Assembly (NCBI RefSeq): GCF_021869535.1
Contig: NW_026262701.1
Span: 113,832,001 to 113,896,000, forward strand
Direction: 5' to 3'
From: Mytilus californianus
Taxonomy: Eukaryota
Length of the DNA: 64,000 nt
Below the pieces are notes generated by a model. That model ran no database searches. It worked only from the letters and a program-made list of their open reading frames with translations, and was not told the origin of the DNA. The position numbers and the translations under genes are program-made. Positions 50,557-62,913 of the stretch are shown here, piece by piece; position 1 is the first letter of the stretch; every line of letters begins with the position of its first letter.

Positions 50557-50701
50557 ATTTCACACTCCCCCTTTTCAATCTCAATGACCAACGAGTCTTC
50601 CTCATATCTGACAGGATATCTAGGACAGCTTGGTCCAGTGTTCTTGACTGTGGCTTTCGGTAAAGAAGGTGCTCCTTGTACATATTCAAGCACCAATAAT
50701 G
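50557..50701 (-). CDS. Unknown secreted protein exon 2 (LLVLEYVQGAPSLPK...SCPRYPVRYEEDSLVIEIEKGECE)
   Basis: Acceptor TTAATTTTTCAG|CA, donor GAAAT|GTAAGT, 145 nt, phase 1-2. The ORF track shows a different frame here. Confidence 0.8.
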
Positions 50702-50928
50702 CTGAAAAATTAAAGACATAGAATCATTTGACATACATTAGAATAAAATGTACTCACTGATAATTTTTATATCTGTCAAAGGATATTGTCGTTATTCGTT
50801 TGTCTATAAATCTGCATGTATAATGGGTTATTGACAAGTTTTTCAAGTTGTAAGTTTGACAATAATTGTCCTTAAAATCGGTTGTACACAGTTGTGTATA
50901 AAAATAAGGAGATGTGGTAGAATTGCCA

Positions 50929-51786
50929 ATGGGACAACTATCCACCCGAGTTCAAGTCGTAAGTGTATAAGACATTGAATGGGACAACTATCCACCCGAG
51001 TTCAAGTCATAAGTGTATAAGGCATTGAATGGGACAACTATCCACCCGATTTCCAAGTCATAAGTGTATAAGGCATTGAATGGGACAACTATCCACCCGA
51101 GTTCAAGTCATAAGTGTATAAGGCATTGAATGGGACAACTATCCACCCGAGTTCAAAGTCATAAGTGTATAAGGCATTGAATGGGACAACTATCCACCCG
51201 AGTTCAAGTCATAAGTGTATAAGGCATTGAATGGGACAACTATCCACCCGAGCTCAAAGTCATAAGTGTATAAGGCATTGAATGGGACAACTTTCCACCC
51301 GAGTTCAAGTCATAAGTGTATAAGGCATTGAATGGGACAACTATCCACCCGATTTCCAAGTCATAAGTGTATAAGGCATTGAATGGGACAACTATCCACC
51401 CGAGTTCAAGTCATAAGTGTATAAGGCATTGAATGGGACAACTATCCACCCGATTTCCAAGTCATAAGTGTATAAGGCATTGAATGGGACAACTATCCAC
51501 CCGATTTCCAAGTCATAAGTGTATAAGGCATTGAATGGGACAACTATCTACCCGAGTTCAAGTCATAAGTGTATAAGGCATTGAATGGGACAACTATCCA
51601 CCCGAGTTCAAAGTCATAAGTGTATAAGGCATTAAATGGGACAACTTACCACCCGAGTTCCAAGTCATAAGTGTATAAGGCATTGAATGGGACAACTATC
51701 CACCAGATTTCAAGTCATAAGTGTATAAGGCATTGAATGGGACAACTATCCACCAGAGTTCCAAGTCATAAGTGTATAAGGCATTG
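50929..51786. repeat. 50/51-bp minisatellite, ~17 copies (ATGGGACAACTATCCACCCGAGTTCAAGTCATAAGTGTATAAGGCATTGA)
   Basis: Directly visible. It continues from a dispersed-repeat head at ~50897-50928. Confidence 0.97.
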
Positions 51787-52031
51787 TTTGATTGTATTTG
51801 TTTTCTATTAAAAGTTTCAGCTTATTAAATCCTAAATGTGATGATTGAAGTTATGAAACTGATTTTCACGTGACTTTTCTATGCAAATTCAGTAATTTCA
51901 CACGCATTCCATTTGTTGTAATATATAAATGTGTTTTTAGTTTTACAATGATGTTAGAATTAAATATTATACCTTTGTACTGATACCGTGTACGTTATAT
52001 TTATGTAAATTATAGATATAAGAGAACTTAC

Positions 52032-52062
52032 CAACTAGACAACAGGGCAATATCAGCTTCAT
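52032..52062 (-). CDS. Unknown secreted protein exon 1 (MKLILPCCLV; with exon 2 it forms the signal peptide MKLILPCCLVALLVLEYVQG)
   Basis: AAGATGAAG start and donor GTTG|GTAAGT in phase 1 matching exon 2. Confidence 0.8.
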
Positions 52063-53089
52063 CTTAGGATTTTTTTCTATCTTGTGAATTGTTGAAAAAC
52101 AACAGAAATATATACTAACACGTCATATAATACTTCCCATAATGTAAATTATAACATTAATTAAGTCAAAGTCTGTAATCATTTGTCAATGTCGTCATTC
52201 TTGTAAGATGATGTGTAAAGTGGAATGTGATGAATTGTAGTGGGGCCAGTACATATTGGCCTCGGGGCAATCTATTATTATATGTTCACTGGTAAGATTT
52301 AAGATCATAATTGTACCATAACATATTTTCAATATTTAAAAACTCACTTTGTAGAAAACAAAATTCGTAAGAATATGTTGTCCTCATCCAAACTTTCTTT
52401 TACTAGGATACAATTTGTTGAAAAGTTGTACTTTATAATATTTAACATTTTCCATCATCCACGCAATTGACGTAAATGCAGATGAAGTACTAAAATCTCA
52501 GGCTTTTGAATTTCAAATAATTTCATTGTTTTCAATATTTATTTACATGACGATATTAAGAGTTCTCCGAAGTATTTAATTGATGTAAAAAAAAACAATC
52601 TCAATCTTCCCGAAACAATATTAGTAAACATTTCCTAATTAAGAAAAAAAGTGAATACAATCTATCATATTTCTTATGAAAGTTTATTTACTTGGAATAA
52701 TCATTTACATCAAGAAAGATAAACGAATATGTTTTTTAAGTAAGTTGCATTTTTACTTATTTACGGGAATAAACAGAATTCGCATTATGCAAAGTCGGTT
52801 TGATATTGTACAATTTGCATAGATTTATTAAAATAAACTCTTTAGTCTCTCTTTAAACTTTTGTTTGTTTTTAACAGTTTAATCAGTATGAATGAGCAAG
52901 GATGTGTATAGAATGAAGTATGAAGTTATATTGTACTTATGCTGAATGCGAAGTGCACGTAATTGCATGGGCGACAATTTGGATTTTATGAATACGCATT
53001 TAGAAATTTTTTAACAGAATATCGAAATATAACATATATAGCATTTATATATTTATAGCAAGGATACAAACAATTTTATATGTATGAAT

Positions 53090-53190
53090 TAATTGCTTCA
53101 ATATCCAAAAGGTATGAGACACAAGTTAATCAAACTTATAAAGTTTTCTCCCATGAACAGTTAGTAACAAACAGAGAATATTTACAAATA
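53090..53190 (-). mobile_element. 3' UTR fragment of a diverged copy of the same LINE family
   Basis: Aligns by eye to 13623-13720 (GAGACACAAGTTAATCAAACTTAT...TCTCCCATGAACA). Confidence 0.85.
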
Positions 53191-53191
53191 G

Positions 53192-56100
53192 TCTAGTCAA
53201 TTTAGTGTACAACCTGCAACTAATTGCAACACAAAGCTTTTCTCTGAAAAAAACAAGTCTGTTACTATCTATGAACAACATACTAAAACTATACAAAAAT
53301 ATATTTTGCGGAAAGTGGTGTAATTTATAAAAATGTTTTGTAGTGAAAGTAAGGTTATATGAGTTGCTTCCCCTTATTTGCCAAAGTTGAAAAAAATTAA
53401 ATTATACAAAAAATGTTCTGTATTTTTTAAAACAGTTGAAATAATACAATACAATACATAATTATTTCAATTTGAAAGAATATATATTTTTTTTCATTTA
53501 CCTTCTGGAACAAACATGTTAAGATTTAGAATCCAACAATGTTTCATAAAAAAATAAGAATGATGAGTGTTAAATGATTTTATGTTAAATATTTTATCAC
53601 AAATGAAAATTTCAGGCTCCTCGAAGCAAATAGCTACTCATGTAATGTGCGACGATCTTAGTACTCACACACCATATAAATAAAGCTTTGACTGTAACAC
53701 TGAATTGGTTACTAATAGGATGTGTACTTATTTATATTTTAGTCGGTGCCTACAGTATTTATTCATCAACTGTAATTACTAAGCTTTGAACTAGCTATGA
53801 GAAGTCAGTGTCTTTTTGTTAATTGGTTATATACTCCGTGCTGATCTTTTTGAGTTGAGCCCTTTCCAACTGGGTTTTACAATTTGTTCTTACGTTGTTT
53901 GCTATTTAAATAAAATTGAGAATGGAAATGGGGAATACTATATGTCAAAGAGACAACAACCCGACCAGATCAAGAGCAGATAACAGCCGAAAGCCACCAA
54001 TGGGCCTTCAACGCAAAGAGAAAATCCCGCACCAGGAGGTGGTCCTCAGCCGACCCCTAAATAAAAACTGTTCCTGATTATTGGAGGGTTGAGTGCTCGC
54101 AAACAGGGTTAACCCTGCACACTATGAATATGATTATCACAAGTCAGTGGCCCTTTAATACTTGGTTGTTATTGTTTGCTGTCTGTCATATTTGTTTTTT
54201 CCGTTTATTGTTTTAACATTAATCAGGCCTTTGAGTTTCTCGTTTGACTTGTTTTATATTTTGACGATGAACTATAGTTGTTTACATCCACACCAACATC
54301 ATTGATATCTCTTGTGGAAAGTTTTCTCATTGGCAATCATACAACATCTTCTTGTGTTTATAAAGTGGGGAGATTTTATAATAAGTGATGGTTTCATTGG
54401 CAAGCGATCAAACTTACTACCAAGAGATCACTGATAGAGTTAAGTGGACCTTAAAAGCTAAACATTTATATTCTTTTGGCATGAGGTGTATTTTTTTAAA
54501 TATTTTTATAGTTTCGTTCAAATGAGTTAAATACAGGTCAGAATTCCGGAAGCAGAAAACAGCGTCTTTAACATTGATATATCTGTAATAGAGTATATTT
54601 ATGAATAAAGAGAGAATTGAGGTTTTTAAAGTCAACAAGAAAGCAACCCAAACGTCTTACAAAAACCAACAGACACACTTTCAGATTAGACATGACTATC
54701 TAAACGCTATCTCTGGCCATCAAAGTCGCCCACAGACACTACAAATTTTAATTCATACACAGATGATGCATTTTTACAGTTCTTAGGCTAAAGCTGATTA
54801 CCTTTTATTAAGTTAATTCAATGAGATATATTTAATAAATAACTTGGTTATGCTTTTCTTTATATACTAGTAAGTATATATATATATATATCTTTGACCA
54901 TAATATTTTCATATAGCAGGCAACCCATGTTAGTTCTTTGTCATTACCATTTGGTTGATGTTTCAGACCACCACATACATGCAGGTTTATAGAGTACACA
55001 CAAATTAAGGCGATGTTGCTATTAACACTTCCTCCAGGAAGTGCATGATTCAACAGTGCTTATCTCATTTTCAACATCCAAAATTGGACCACTTTAGTAC
55101 AATTATTATTTAAATTCAAGCTCTTGAGGTAAATTTATAATCGCATTGACAAAGCTGCTCTTAAAATTGCCTTAAACAATATCAGATCTACATTTAATTT
55201 TCGATCTATGAGTCTGGTATCTTTTGCCCCTCTTTTAATGCTAATTCAGTGAACTAGTATATGTTCCTAAATTTAAAAAGCTTATATATCTGAAATTAAA
55301 CGTGGATATTGATAGAGCTTGCTAAATAAAATTAGCAACATATTAAGAGAAATCTGCAATCACATCGTCTGTGTTTAACTGTGACGTTATGCAATTCAAA
55401 TATTGTAAAAGTAGCTAATGAAAAAATACACAAAAAGGACTACAGTCAATGACGATGCAAGGACACTAGAAAAATGACTTTTCCAGCAATTAACATGACA
55501 AAATCAAAGTCAGTAACCAAACTGATTTACAGTTATTTTTGAACACAATCATTTTTTGTTTATAATACCTACACGTATAATTACTATAAATACATAACAG
55601 AAACATAAGATAAAATTTCAAACTTCCACAAAATGCACATATTTAAAACTGAGTTTTACTGTGTATTTGTTTATTCTATATTGTCTAGAGAAACTAGGGG
55701 AGAGTTGAGTTCTCACACAACATGTTTTACCACTGCCACATTATTGCACCTATCCAAAGTCAGGAACCTCTAGCCTTTATTTGTCTTGTGTGTGGTTTTT
55801 TTGTGATAATTTTGGTTCATTTGTATGTACTGGAGTTTAGGGTGGTGTCCATTTTGCTGAACTAGTGTACAAAATAATTAAGGGGTCAGCTGAAGCCCAC
55901 CTCCGTGTTCCGGATTTACTTGCTATGTTAAAGACCCATTAGTGGCCTTGTTTTCTCTTTGACACATTCCCTGTTTCCGTTCTCCATTTTTTCGTTTTTA
56001 AAAATCAAACTAGAAATAACCAAGATTTTAAATTTTTCATTTTATATGCCCCTCACTTAGGGGCATTATATTTTTCTGTCTGTGCGTCTGTTCGTTCGTC

Positions 56101-57732
56101 CGTCTGTCCTGCTTGAGATTAAAGTTTTTTGTTAAAGTTTTTGGTCAAGGTATTTTTTTATAAAGTTGAAGTCCAACCATATTGAAACTTAGTACAAATG
56201 TTCCCTATGATAAGATCTTTCTAATTTTAATGCCAAATTCGAGTTTTGACCCAATTTCACAGTCCACTGAACATAGAAAATGATAGTGCGGGTGGGCATC
56301 CGTGTACTATGGATACTGATATTCTTGTTTTGTAGTTAGTGTGTAAAACAAAATATTTCACACAACAAATTGATTATTATTGATATCGATAACAAGAGGA
56401 ATACATATGCGATAAACATAAGATAATATAGTCTGTCTATAAAGATCCTATGTTAAAAGTTTTAACCATGAATAATCGAGTTTTTTATTTCCATTTTTCA
56501 CAATTTTTCTCTACAAATCACATTTAACACAAGAATTACAATTTTTTAAATACTAATAACTATAGGACTTCTTAAGATAATCATTAGATAGTATTCTCTA
56601 TTTTCTGTTAAGATCCCAATTTGAAAGTTTTAACTATCAATAACCGAGATATTTTCATTTCCAGTTTTCCGGGTTTTCGGTCTTAAAACATATGTTCAAC
56701 CAAAATTACCCAATTTGAAATATTAATATTGATAACTAAAGGACTTCACAAATAAAACATAATATAGTAGAGTGGGGGTGCTCATTTTCGCCATAATTTT
56801 CCATGTTTTCTGCAGTTTATGTTCAGACCTTTAAGTTTTTGAAGTATACTGATATTTCTATATGAAGATAACATCAAAAGCAAAATATTCTTAGCTTGAA
56901 AACGTGTTTCTCTGAAAAAATTTATCTGAAAAGTTAGATTAAAAGCTATTTGAAATTTCCTGATGTTTTGTCATAGGGGGACACATATTCGCCGTTTTTA
57001 CACATCTATTTAAAACCAAATAACTGCAGCTTTAAACAATATTCATCAAATTCATTATAGATGAATAGCAGACATTTCAAAGGTGTAAAGAACTGAAATT
57101 TAGGGCAATCAGTCAAAGAATTACTAAGAAATACTTCTTTGAAATCTTTCTTTCATTCAGGAAATTGGCCAAAAATCGTTGTCCGTTTTTTATAAAAATA
57201 TAATTTACCGGCATATTTCTTCCATTTCAGCAATCCTTTGAAGTTTCTACACCTCAAAATCATAAAACGGCGAAACTGTGTCCCCGGCGAATATGTGCGC
57301 CCCACTCTATGTTCTTTTTCTATATAGATCAAGTTTTAAAAAATATTAACCATGAACAACGGAGATTTTCTACGTTTCCAGTTTTCAGCGTTTTTTCACT
57401 AAAAATCACTCATTTCACCTCAAAATTACTTCAATATGAATAATAATAACTAGAGGACTACATAATACTCTATAAAGATAAGGTTGCATGTCTTCAACAA
57501 GCTTTAGGTCTAAAAATGTAACCATAAATAACAATTTTTCTTCTTTTCCAGTTTTCAGCATTTTTTCCTCTTAAAACCACATATTTCATCCCAAAATAAC
57601 CTTTTCCGCAAATAATATCAATTTATAGTTTTAGTATGTTTTTAGTACAAGTCTATATTATAATTTGCACTAAAAAAACCTTGTGTTACAATTAGTTGCA
57701 GGTTGAGCGATTTTATAGCTAAATTGACTAGG
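53192..57732. mobile_element. Probable TIR DNA-transposon derivative (~4.5 kb) with ~140-bp imperfect terminal inverted repeats, carrying nested repeats
   Basis: CTAGTCAATTTAG...CAACCTGCAACTAATTG...CATACTAAAACTATA...TTTGCGGAAA at ~53192-53325 is mirrored at ~57603-57732. Internal related blocks lie at ~56480, 56645, 57360 and 57535. No transposase ORF. Confidence 0.55.
56041..56330 (-). mobile_element. Intact copy of the small HINE/MITE-like family that is split at 13322-13604/20163-20196
   Basis: Reverse complement of the 13322-13604 sequence, plus the terminal hairpin ATGCCCCT-AAGTG-AGGGGCAT. Confidence 0.85.
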
Positions 57733-57740
57733 TTAAAAGC

Positions 57741-58084
57741 NNNNNNNNNNNNNNNNNNNNNNNNNNNNNNNNNNNNNNNNNNNNNNNNNNNNNNNNNNNN
57801 NNNNNNNNNNNNNNNNNNNNNNNNNNNNNNNNNNNNNNNNNNNNNNNNNNNNNNNNNNNNNNNNNNNNNNNNNNNNNNNNNNNNNNNNNNNNNNNNNNNN
57901 NNNNNNNNNNNNNNNNNNNNNNNNNNNNNNNNNNNNNNNNNNNNNNNNNNNNNNNNNNNNNNNNNNNNNNNNNNNNNNNNNNNNNNNNNNNNNNNNNNNN
58001 NNNNNNNNNNNNNNNNNNNNNNNNNNNNNNNNNNNNNNNNNNNNNNNNNNNNNNNNNNNNNNNNNNNNNNNNNNNNNNNNNNNN
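57741..58084. other. Assembly gap (N run)
   Basis: Directly visible. Confidence 1.
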
Positions 58085-59760
58085 TGCGATATGTAAAAAT
58101 GATGATGTGAATGGTTGTACACAGTAAATATATACACATTATTATGCTACTTTATAAATCAATAAACTCTTTGACTCTTAAATAAATTCATACACATTGT
58201 TTTATAAATTATTTCATTTTGGTCATAAGTTAGTGACATATGACCGGAAGTTATGATGTTCAAATTTAAAGGACAATTATTTGGTAACCAGTTCAGATTA
58301 TTAGATAGTTTATTTCTTATATTAGGACATTATAAAAAAAACTGTTATGAATCTTCAAGCTTAGCACCACAACGACACGACGGATCTAAAACAACATTGA
58401 CTTGGTCTGTGAAGATCATGTATTTCAATAAATTGCTTCGCCGAGTGCAGCTGGATACGACCGCAGAGGTCCAACCCTGAACAATTGGGGCAAAAATGGA
58501 CACAATATTCGCGCTTGATACAGGTCTGAATTTGGATTGTAATTCAATATTCCGACACAGAGTAACTGTAGTCAAAGAACTTAGAATTGGTTATATGATT
58601 TGAATTTATATTCAATTTTTTGCTTTTGTGCAATACACTATGCTGTTGCGAATTGACCTCCCCCCCCCCCCTTTTTAAAAAAAATTTGAAGGATTTTCTT
58701 TTTGATTTCTGAAATCTTGAGGAGAAACTCCCCCCCCCCCCCACCACCAATTTGTTTTTAACCTCCCCCCCCCCCCCCACATTTTCCAAAAAAAACATCT
58801 TTCCCTCAGTCATGGTCATAATTTCAATTCAAATTTCCAATGGAGTTTGCAACCATAATAACCCATTTAAATACATCATAAAAGTCTTAAAATGACATAC
58901 ATAATCATAGCTAAAATTAATTTACCTTAATCAGCATTTTTAAAAATTATTAAAATAGTAACTTCTAAAAATGAATTGACAGCTAATCACATCAAAAATT
59001 TGTACTTTGAATTGTTGGTGGAATTATACGTAAGGGGTAAACAGTTGTACTTTGAATTGTTGGTGGATTTATACGTAAGGGGTAAACAGTTGTATTTTGA
59101 ATTGTTGGTGGATTTATACGTAAGGGGTAAACAGTTGTACTTTGAATTGTTGGTGGAATTATACGTAAGGGGTAAACAGTTGTACTTTGAATTGTTGGTG
59201 GATTTATACGTAAGGGGTGAACAGTTGTACTTTGAATTGTTGGTGGAATTATACGTAAGGGGTAAACAGTTGTACTTTGAATTGTTGGTGGATTTATACG
59301 TAAGGGGTAAACAGTTGTATTTTGAATTGTTGGTGGATTTATACGTAAGGGGTAAACAGTTGTACTTTGAATTGTTGGTGGAATTATACGTAAGGGGTAA
59401 ACAGTTGTACTTTGAATTGTTGGTGGATTTATACGTAAGGGGTAAACAGTTGTACTTTGAATTGTTGGTGGAATTATACGTAAGGGGTAAACAGTTGTAC
59501 TTTGAATTGTTGGTGGAATTATACGTAAGGGGTAAACAGTTGTACTTTGAATTGTTGGTGGATTTATACGTAAGGGGTGAACAGTTGTACTTTGCATTGT
59601 TGGTGTAATTAACTTGCAAAGATAAGATGGTGCATTATTATCTTGAATATTATAAAATAGTTGTTACTTCCTCTTTTCTTTCGTTCAGCTAGAGTTTTCC
59701 AATCAATTTTATTATAAATGATTCTTAATCTAGTAAAATAGGAAACCCTGTTACAGCTCT
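58085..59760 (-). pseudogene. Decayed, 5'-truncated LINE ORF2 C-terminus and 3' UTR, interrupted by another repeat (~58450-58990) and a minisatellite expansion
   Basis: 58085-58450 aligns to ~13750-14130 and 59600-59760 aligns to ~14385-14545. The remnant peptide DPSCRCGAKLEDS compares with DPSCSCGAKREDS in the intact ORF2. Confidence 0.88.
59001..59608. repeat. 45-bp minisatellite, ~13.5 copies, derived from LINE ORF2
   Basis: The unit TACGTAAGGGGTAAACAGTTGTACTTTGAATTGTTGGTGGAATTA matches 14351-14395. It translates as PPTIQSTTVYPLRII versus PPTIQSTAVYPLRN in the intact ORF2. Confidence 0.95.
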
Positions 59761-60184
59761 GGTGGGCTTTTCTGTTTACGATGGTTTTTTTCTATGTTTT
59801 TAATCTGCTATGCTTATGTTATGCCTAGTTTTTCCCGTGAATGCATCACCTGGAACTTATTCATTGATATATATTGGTCATAGCCATCACCGTGACAACA
59901 ATCTTGAAAATATATACTTATACTATAGCCTGTAGTTCAGTGGTTGTCGTTGGTTCATGTCTGTCATAGTTGTTTTTCGTAAATAGTTTTGTTATGAATT
60001 AGGCCGTTAATTTTCTCAATTGAATTGTTTCATATTTTTCATGTCGGGGTCTTTTATAGCCGACTATACGGTATGGGTTTTTCTCATTGTTGAAGACCGT
60101 ACGGTTGTCTATAATTGCTTACATCCACTTTATTTGAACTACTTTGGTGGATAGGTGTCTCATTGGCAATCATACCATATCTCC

Positions 60185-61265
60185 TTATTAGCTCACCTGG
60201 CCCAAAGGACCAAGTGAGCTTTTCTCATCACTTGACGTCCGTCGTCGTCTGTTCACTTTTACAAAAATTGTCTCCCTTGAAAGTACTATGCCAAATTTAA
60301 CCAAACTTGGCCACAATCATTATTGGGGTATCTAGTTTAAAAAATGTGTCCGATGACCCCGCCTGCCAATCAAGATGGCCGACATGGCTAAAAATAGAAC
60401 ATAGGGGTAAAATGCAAGTTTTTGTCTATTATTTTGAAAACCGTTATAAATAGAGAAAATCTGACAGCGGCAGAAATGTTCAGAATGCTGAGCTCTACCA
60501 ATTGTTCACTTACATCAAAACTGTCAGACAACTTCTTATAGGAGTTATAATTGCCCTTATAAATGACAAATTTTACCATTTTTTTTTTTTTTTTCATTTT
60601 TGCCTATTATCTTTTAAACTATAATAGATATAGAGAAACTTTAAATTGTAAAAATGCTCAGCAAGATAAGTTCTCCAAATAAGTCTATGGTTGAAATCGT
60701 CAGTCGACTCCTTATTAGAGTTATTGCCCATTGGTGACAATTTTTACCATTTTTTGAGTTTTTAAAAATTATAACAGATAGATAGAAACTTAAATAAGCA
60801 AAAGTGATCAACAAGACAAGATCTACAATTAAGACCATATGGTGGAAAATGTCCGACGAATCCTTATTGGAGTTATTGCTCTTTAATGGCGATTTTTACC
60901 ATTTTTTTACGTTTTGCCGTATATTATAAAAATTATGATAGATAGATAGAAACTTAAATAAGCAAAAATGATCAACAATACAAGATTTGCCAACAAGTCA
61001 AATTCTGTCGATATAGTTAGTAGACTGTACATAACTCTTTATAGGAGTCATTGTCCTTAAATTAGGATTTTTGTTTACCCTCTTTTGTGTTTTGAGCAAA
61101 ATTAAAAAAGATAGAGAAAACAGACTAAATGATCAGCAGTACAAATCAACAAAACATAAATTTTTGTCATGAATTCTATTCTCGTCTACAATGTTGGAGA
61201 GTGTCCTTTGTTGAATATGCATATAGACCAAGGTGAGCGGCACAGGCTCTTTGGAGCCTCTAGTT
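60185..61265 (+). mobile_element. Non-autonomous HINE/Helentron-like element
   Basis: 5' subterminal GCTCACCTGG plus a hairpin and a short (GTC)n tract. The 3' inverted copy CCAAGGTGAGC (61228-61238) is followed by the hairpin AGGCTC-TTTG-GAGCCT and TAGTTTT. There are internal ~180-bp related blocks. Confidence 0.75.
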
Positions 61266-61654
61266 TTTATATTGTATTTAATTTAAACTTTCTGTTAATT
61301 CTTTTTCAAAACTGTACGTCTCATTCAAAACATGCACATAGGGATCAAAATTTAAATTGTATTAATTATTATGACCAATAATTTTTATTTACAATTGGAT
61401 GATAAAACAGAAATACAGACGGTTTTAGCTTTTTCATAACCACTAAAATGTCATAAACAAATAGCATTTATAATTTGGATTCTTTAAGTTAGTTATGTAC
61501 ATCCTTTCAGAGACATATATAAAAAAAAAGTTAAACTTATATTTGATGTGTATGAATTACGTGATTTAAAATGAATTATTTAGAAAACCGCGGGTAAATA
61601 GAGTTATTTCCCTGCAAGCATGCGCATTTGACGTAGCAACGGTGTAAATTCAAG

Positions 61655-61700
61655 ATGGATGGTGAGGGCGATAAATCTTCGCCAAAACCCGATGAAACAG
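61655..61700 (+). CDS. Probable first coding exon of an unidentified plus-strand gene (MDGEGDKSSPKPDET|G)
   Basis: CAAGATGG start context, a locally CpG-richer upstream region with GCATGCGCA and TGACGT motifs, and donor ACAG|GTATAA. Confidence 0.5.
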
Positions 61701-62913
61701 GTATAAAGAACTTTAAATATTCAATTTGTAAATTAGATATAAACAGCAACTCACCCTTATGATGTTAAATGTCTGCCTTTAAGAATTCATGACAAGTGAG
61801 TGTAGAATGGGATCACACTTTAGATTGGTCAGTGCCCGTTTGCAAATTTAATTTTGTATAAAAACCTTTAGCTAAGCAGACATTTCGCCGAAAAATGGCT
61901 TGTTGAGGCAGCATGATTGTTCAGTATCGTCCAGTCATACCCACATTTTCACAATGTTCGAGAAAATGATACCTATTACTATCATACTGACTGTGAACTG
62001 TTTTGTAACATGTAAACAACATGAACACAACATAATATTAATAAGATTTTCAACTGCTCAACTGGACTGAATTTCAACTTAACACTGACTAATCAGATAT
62101 GGCCACACTCAATAGATCTTGTAGCTTTTAAGTATTCTGCAGCCTTTGACCTTAGATAGCCTTGTTGGTGTTGACAGAAATCACAATAAAAGTAATGGGT
62201 GGGGGAATAAAAGAATAGAGAAAAATGGGCAAACAATTTTAGGTACAAATAGAGATTAATGGGGTGCTAAAATTTAAATGATAGACGAAAATGAATAGGG
62301 AAAGAGAAAAACATATATTAAAGAAAATAGAAATGAAGGCTATCCAGACCCTCATAGTCATATACATGTAGCTTGATCTGACTATATAGATGTATGCTCA
62401 ATTGGGCTAAACAAAATATTTCCTTTTGCAATTAATTTTATGAAATTTCAGTTTTTCACTAACTACACATGTATTTGGACATGCAATCTAAAACCTAACA
62501 GGCATGACAAAGACAGGCAAAACAAAGAAGGAATTTAAAACAATAATAATTATGAAATGTTTAATATACATGATATAAGCAATGATAAGTTAACTTGTTT
62601 CCAAATCCTATTAATTATTCAATTGTGTTAATATGTCCATACCAATTTGTTTATATTGTTTAACTTGAATTTATAAGATAAAATATGATAACAATAAGAA
62701 TATAATTTTGAGATAATTTTTCAATTTTACTGTAAAAATATAGTCCCACCAAACTTTAAAATGTTATACCAGTAAATTGTATTGTATTGTTACAAATTTC
62801 AGTTTCTGCATAAATACTTGGAAATGCAGAATTTTAGACACAATAAAAAAGAAAATATGAAAGATCACCTGACTAAAAACAAAACAAATGAAGCATCACC
62901 TCAAGTAACTTAC

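Noticed and set aside
50543-50734. 63-aa ORF (MSNDSMSLIFQHYW...)
   Set aside because: It is the wrong frame. Splice phases with the neighbouring exons give the signal-peptide frame instead.
50929-51786. CRISPR-like appearance of regular ~50-bp repeats (also 372-741 and 59001-59608)
   Set aside because: The units are head-to-tail with no unique spacers, there are no cas genes, and the context is eukaryotic.
57642-58139. ORFs containing X runs
   Set aside because: Artefacts of the N gap.
58976-59619. Three 200-210-aa repetitive ORFs as protein-coding genes
   Set aside because: They are products of the 45-bp LINE-derived minisatellite, with no evidence of a promoter or splice context.
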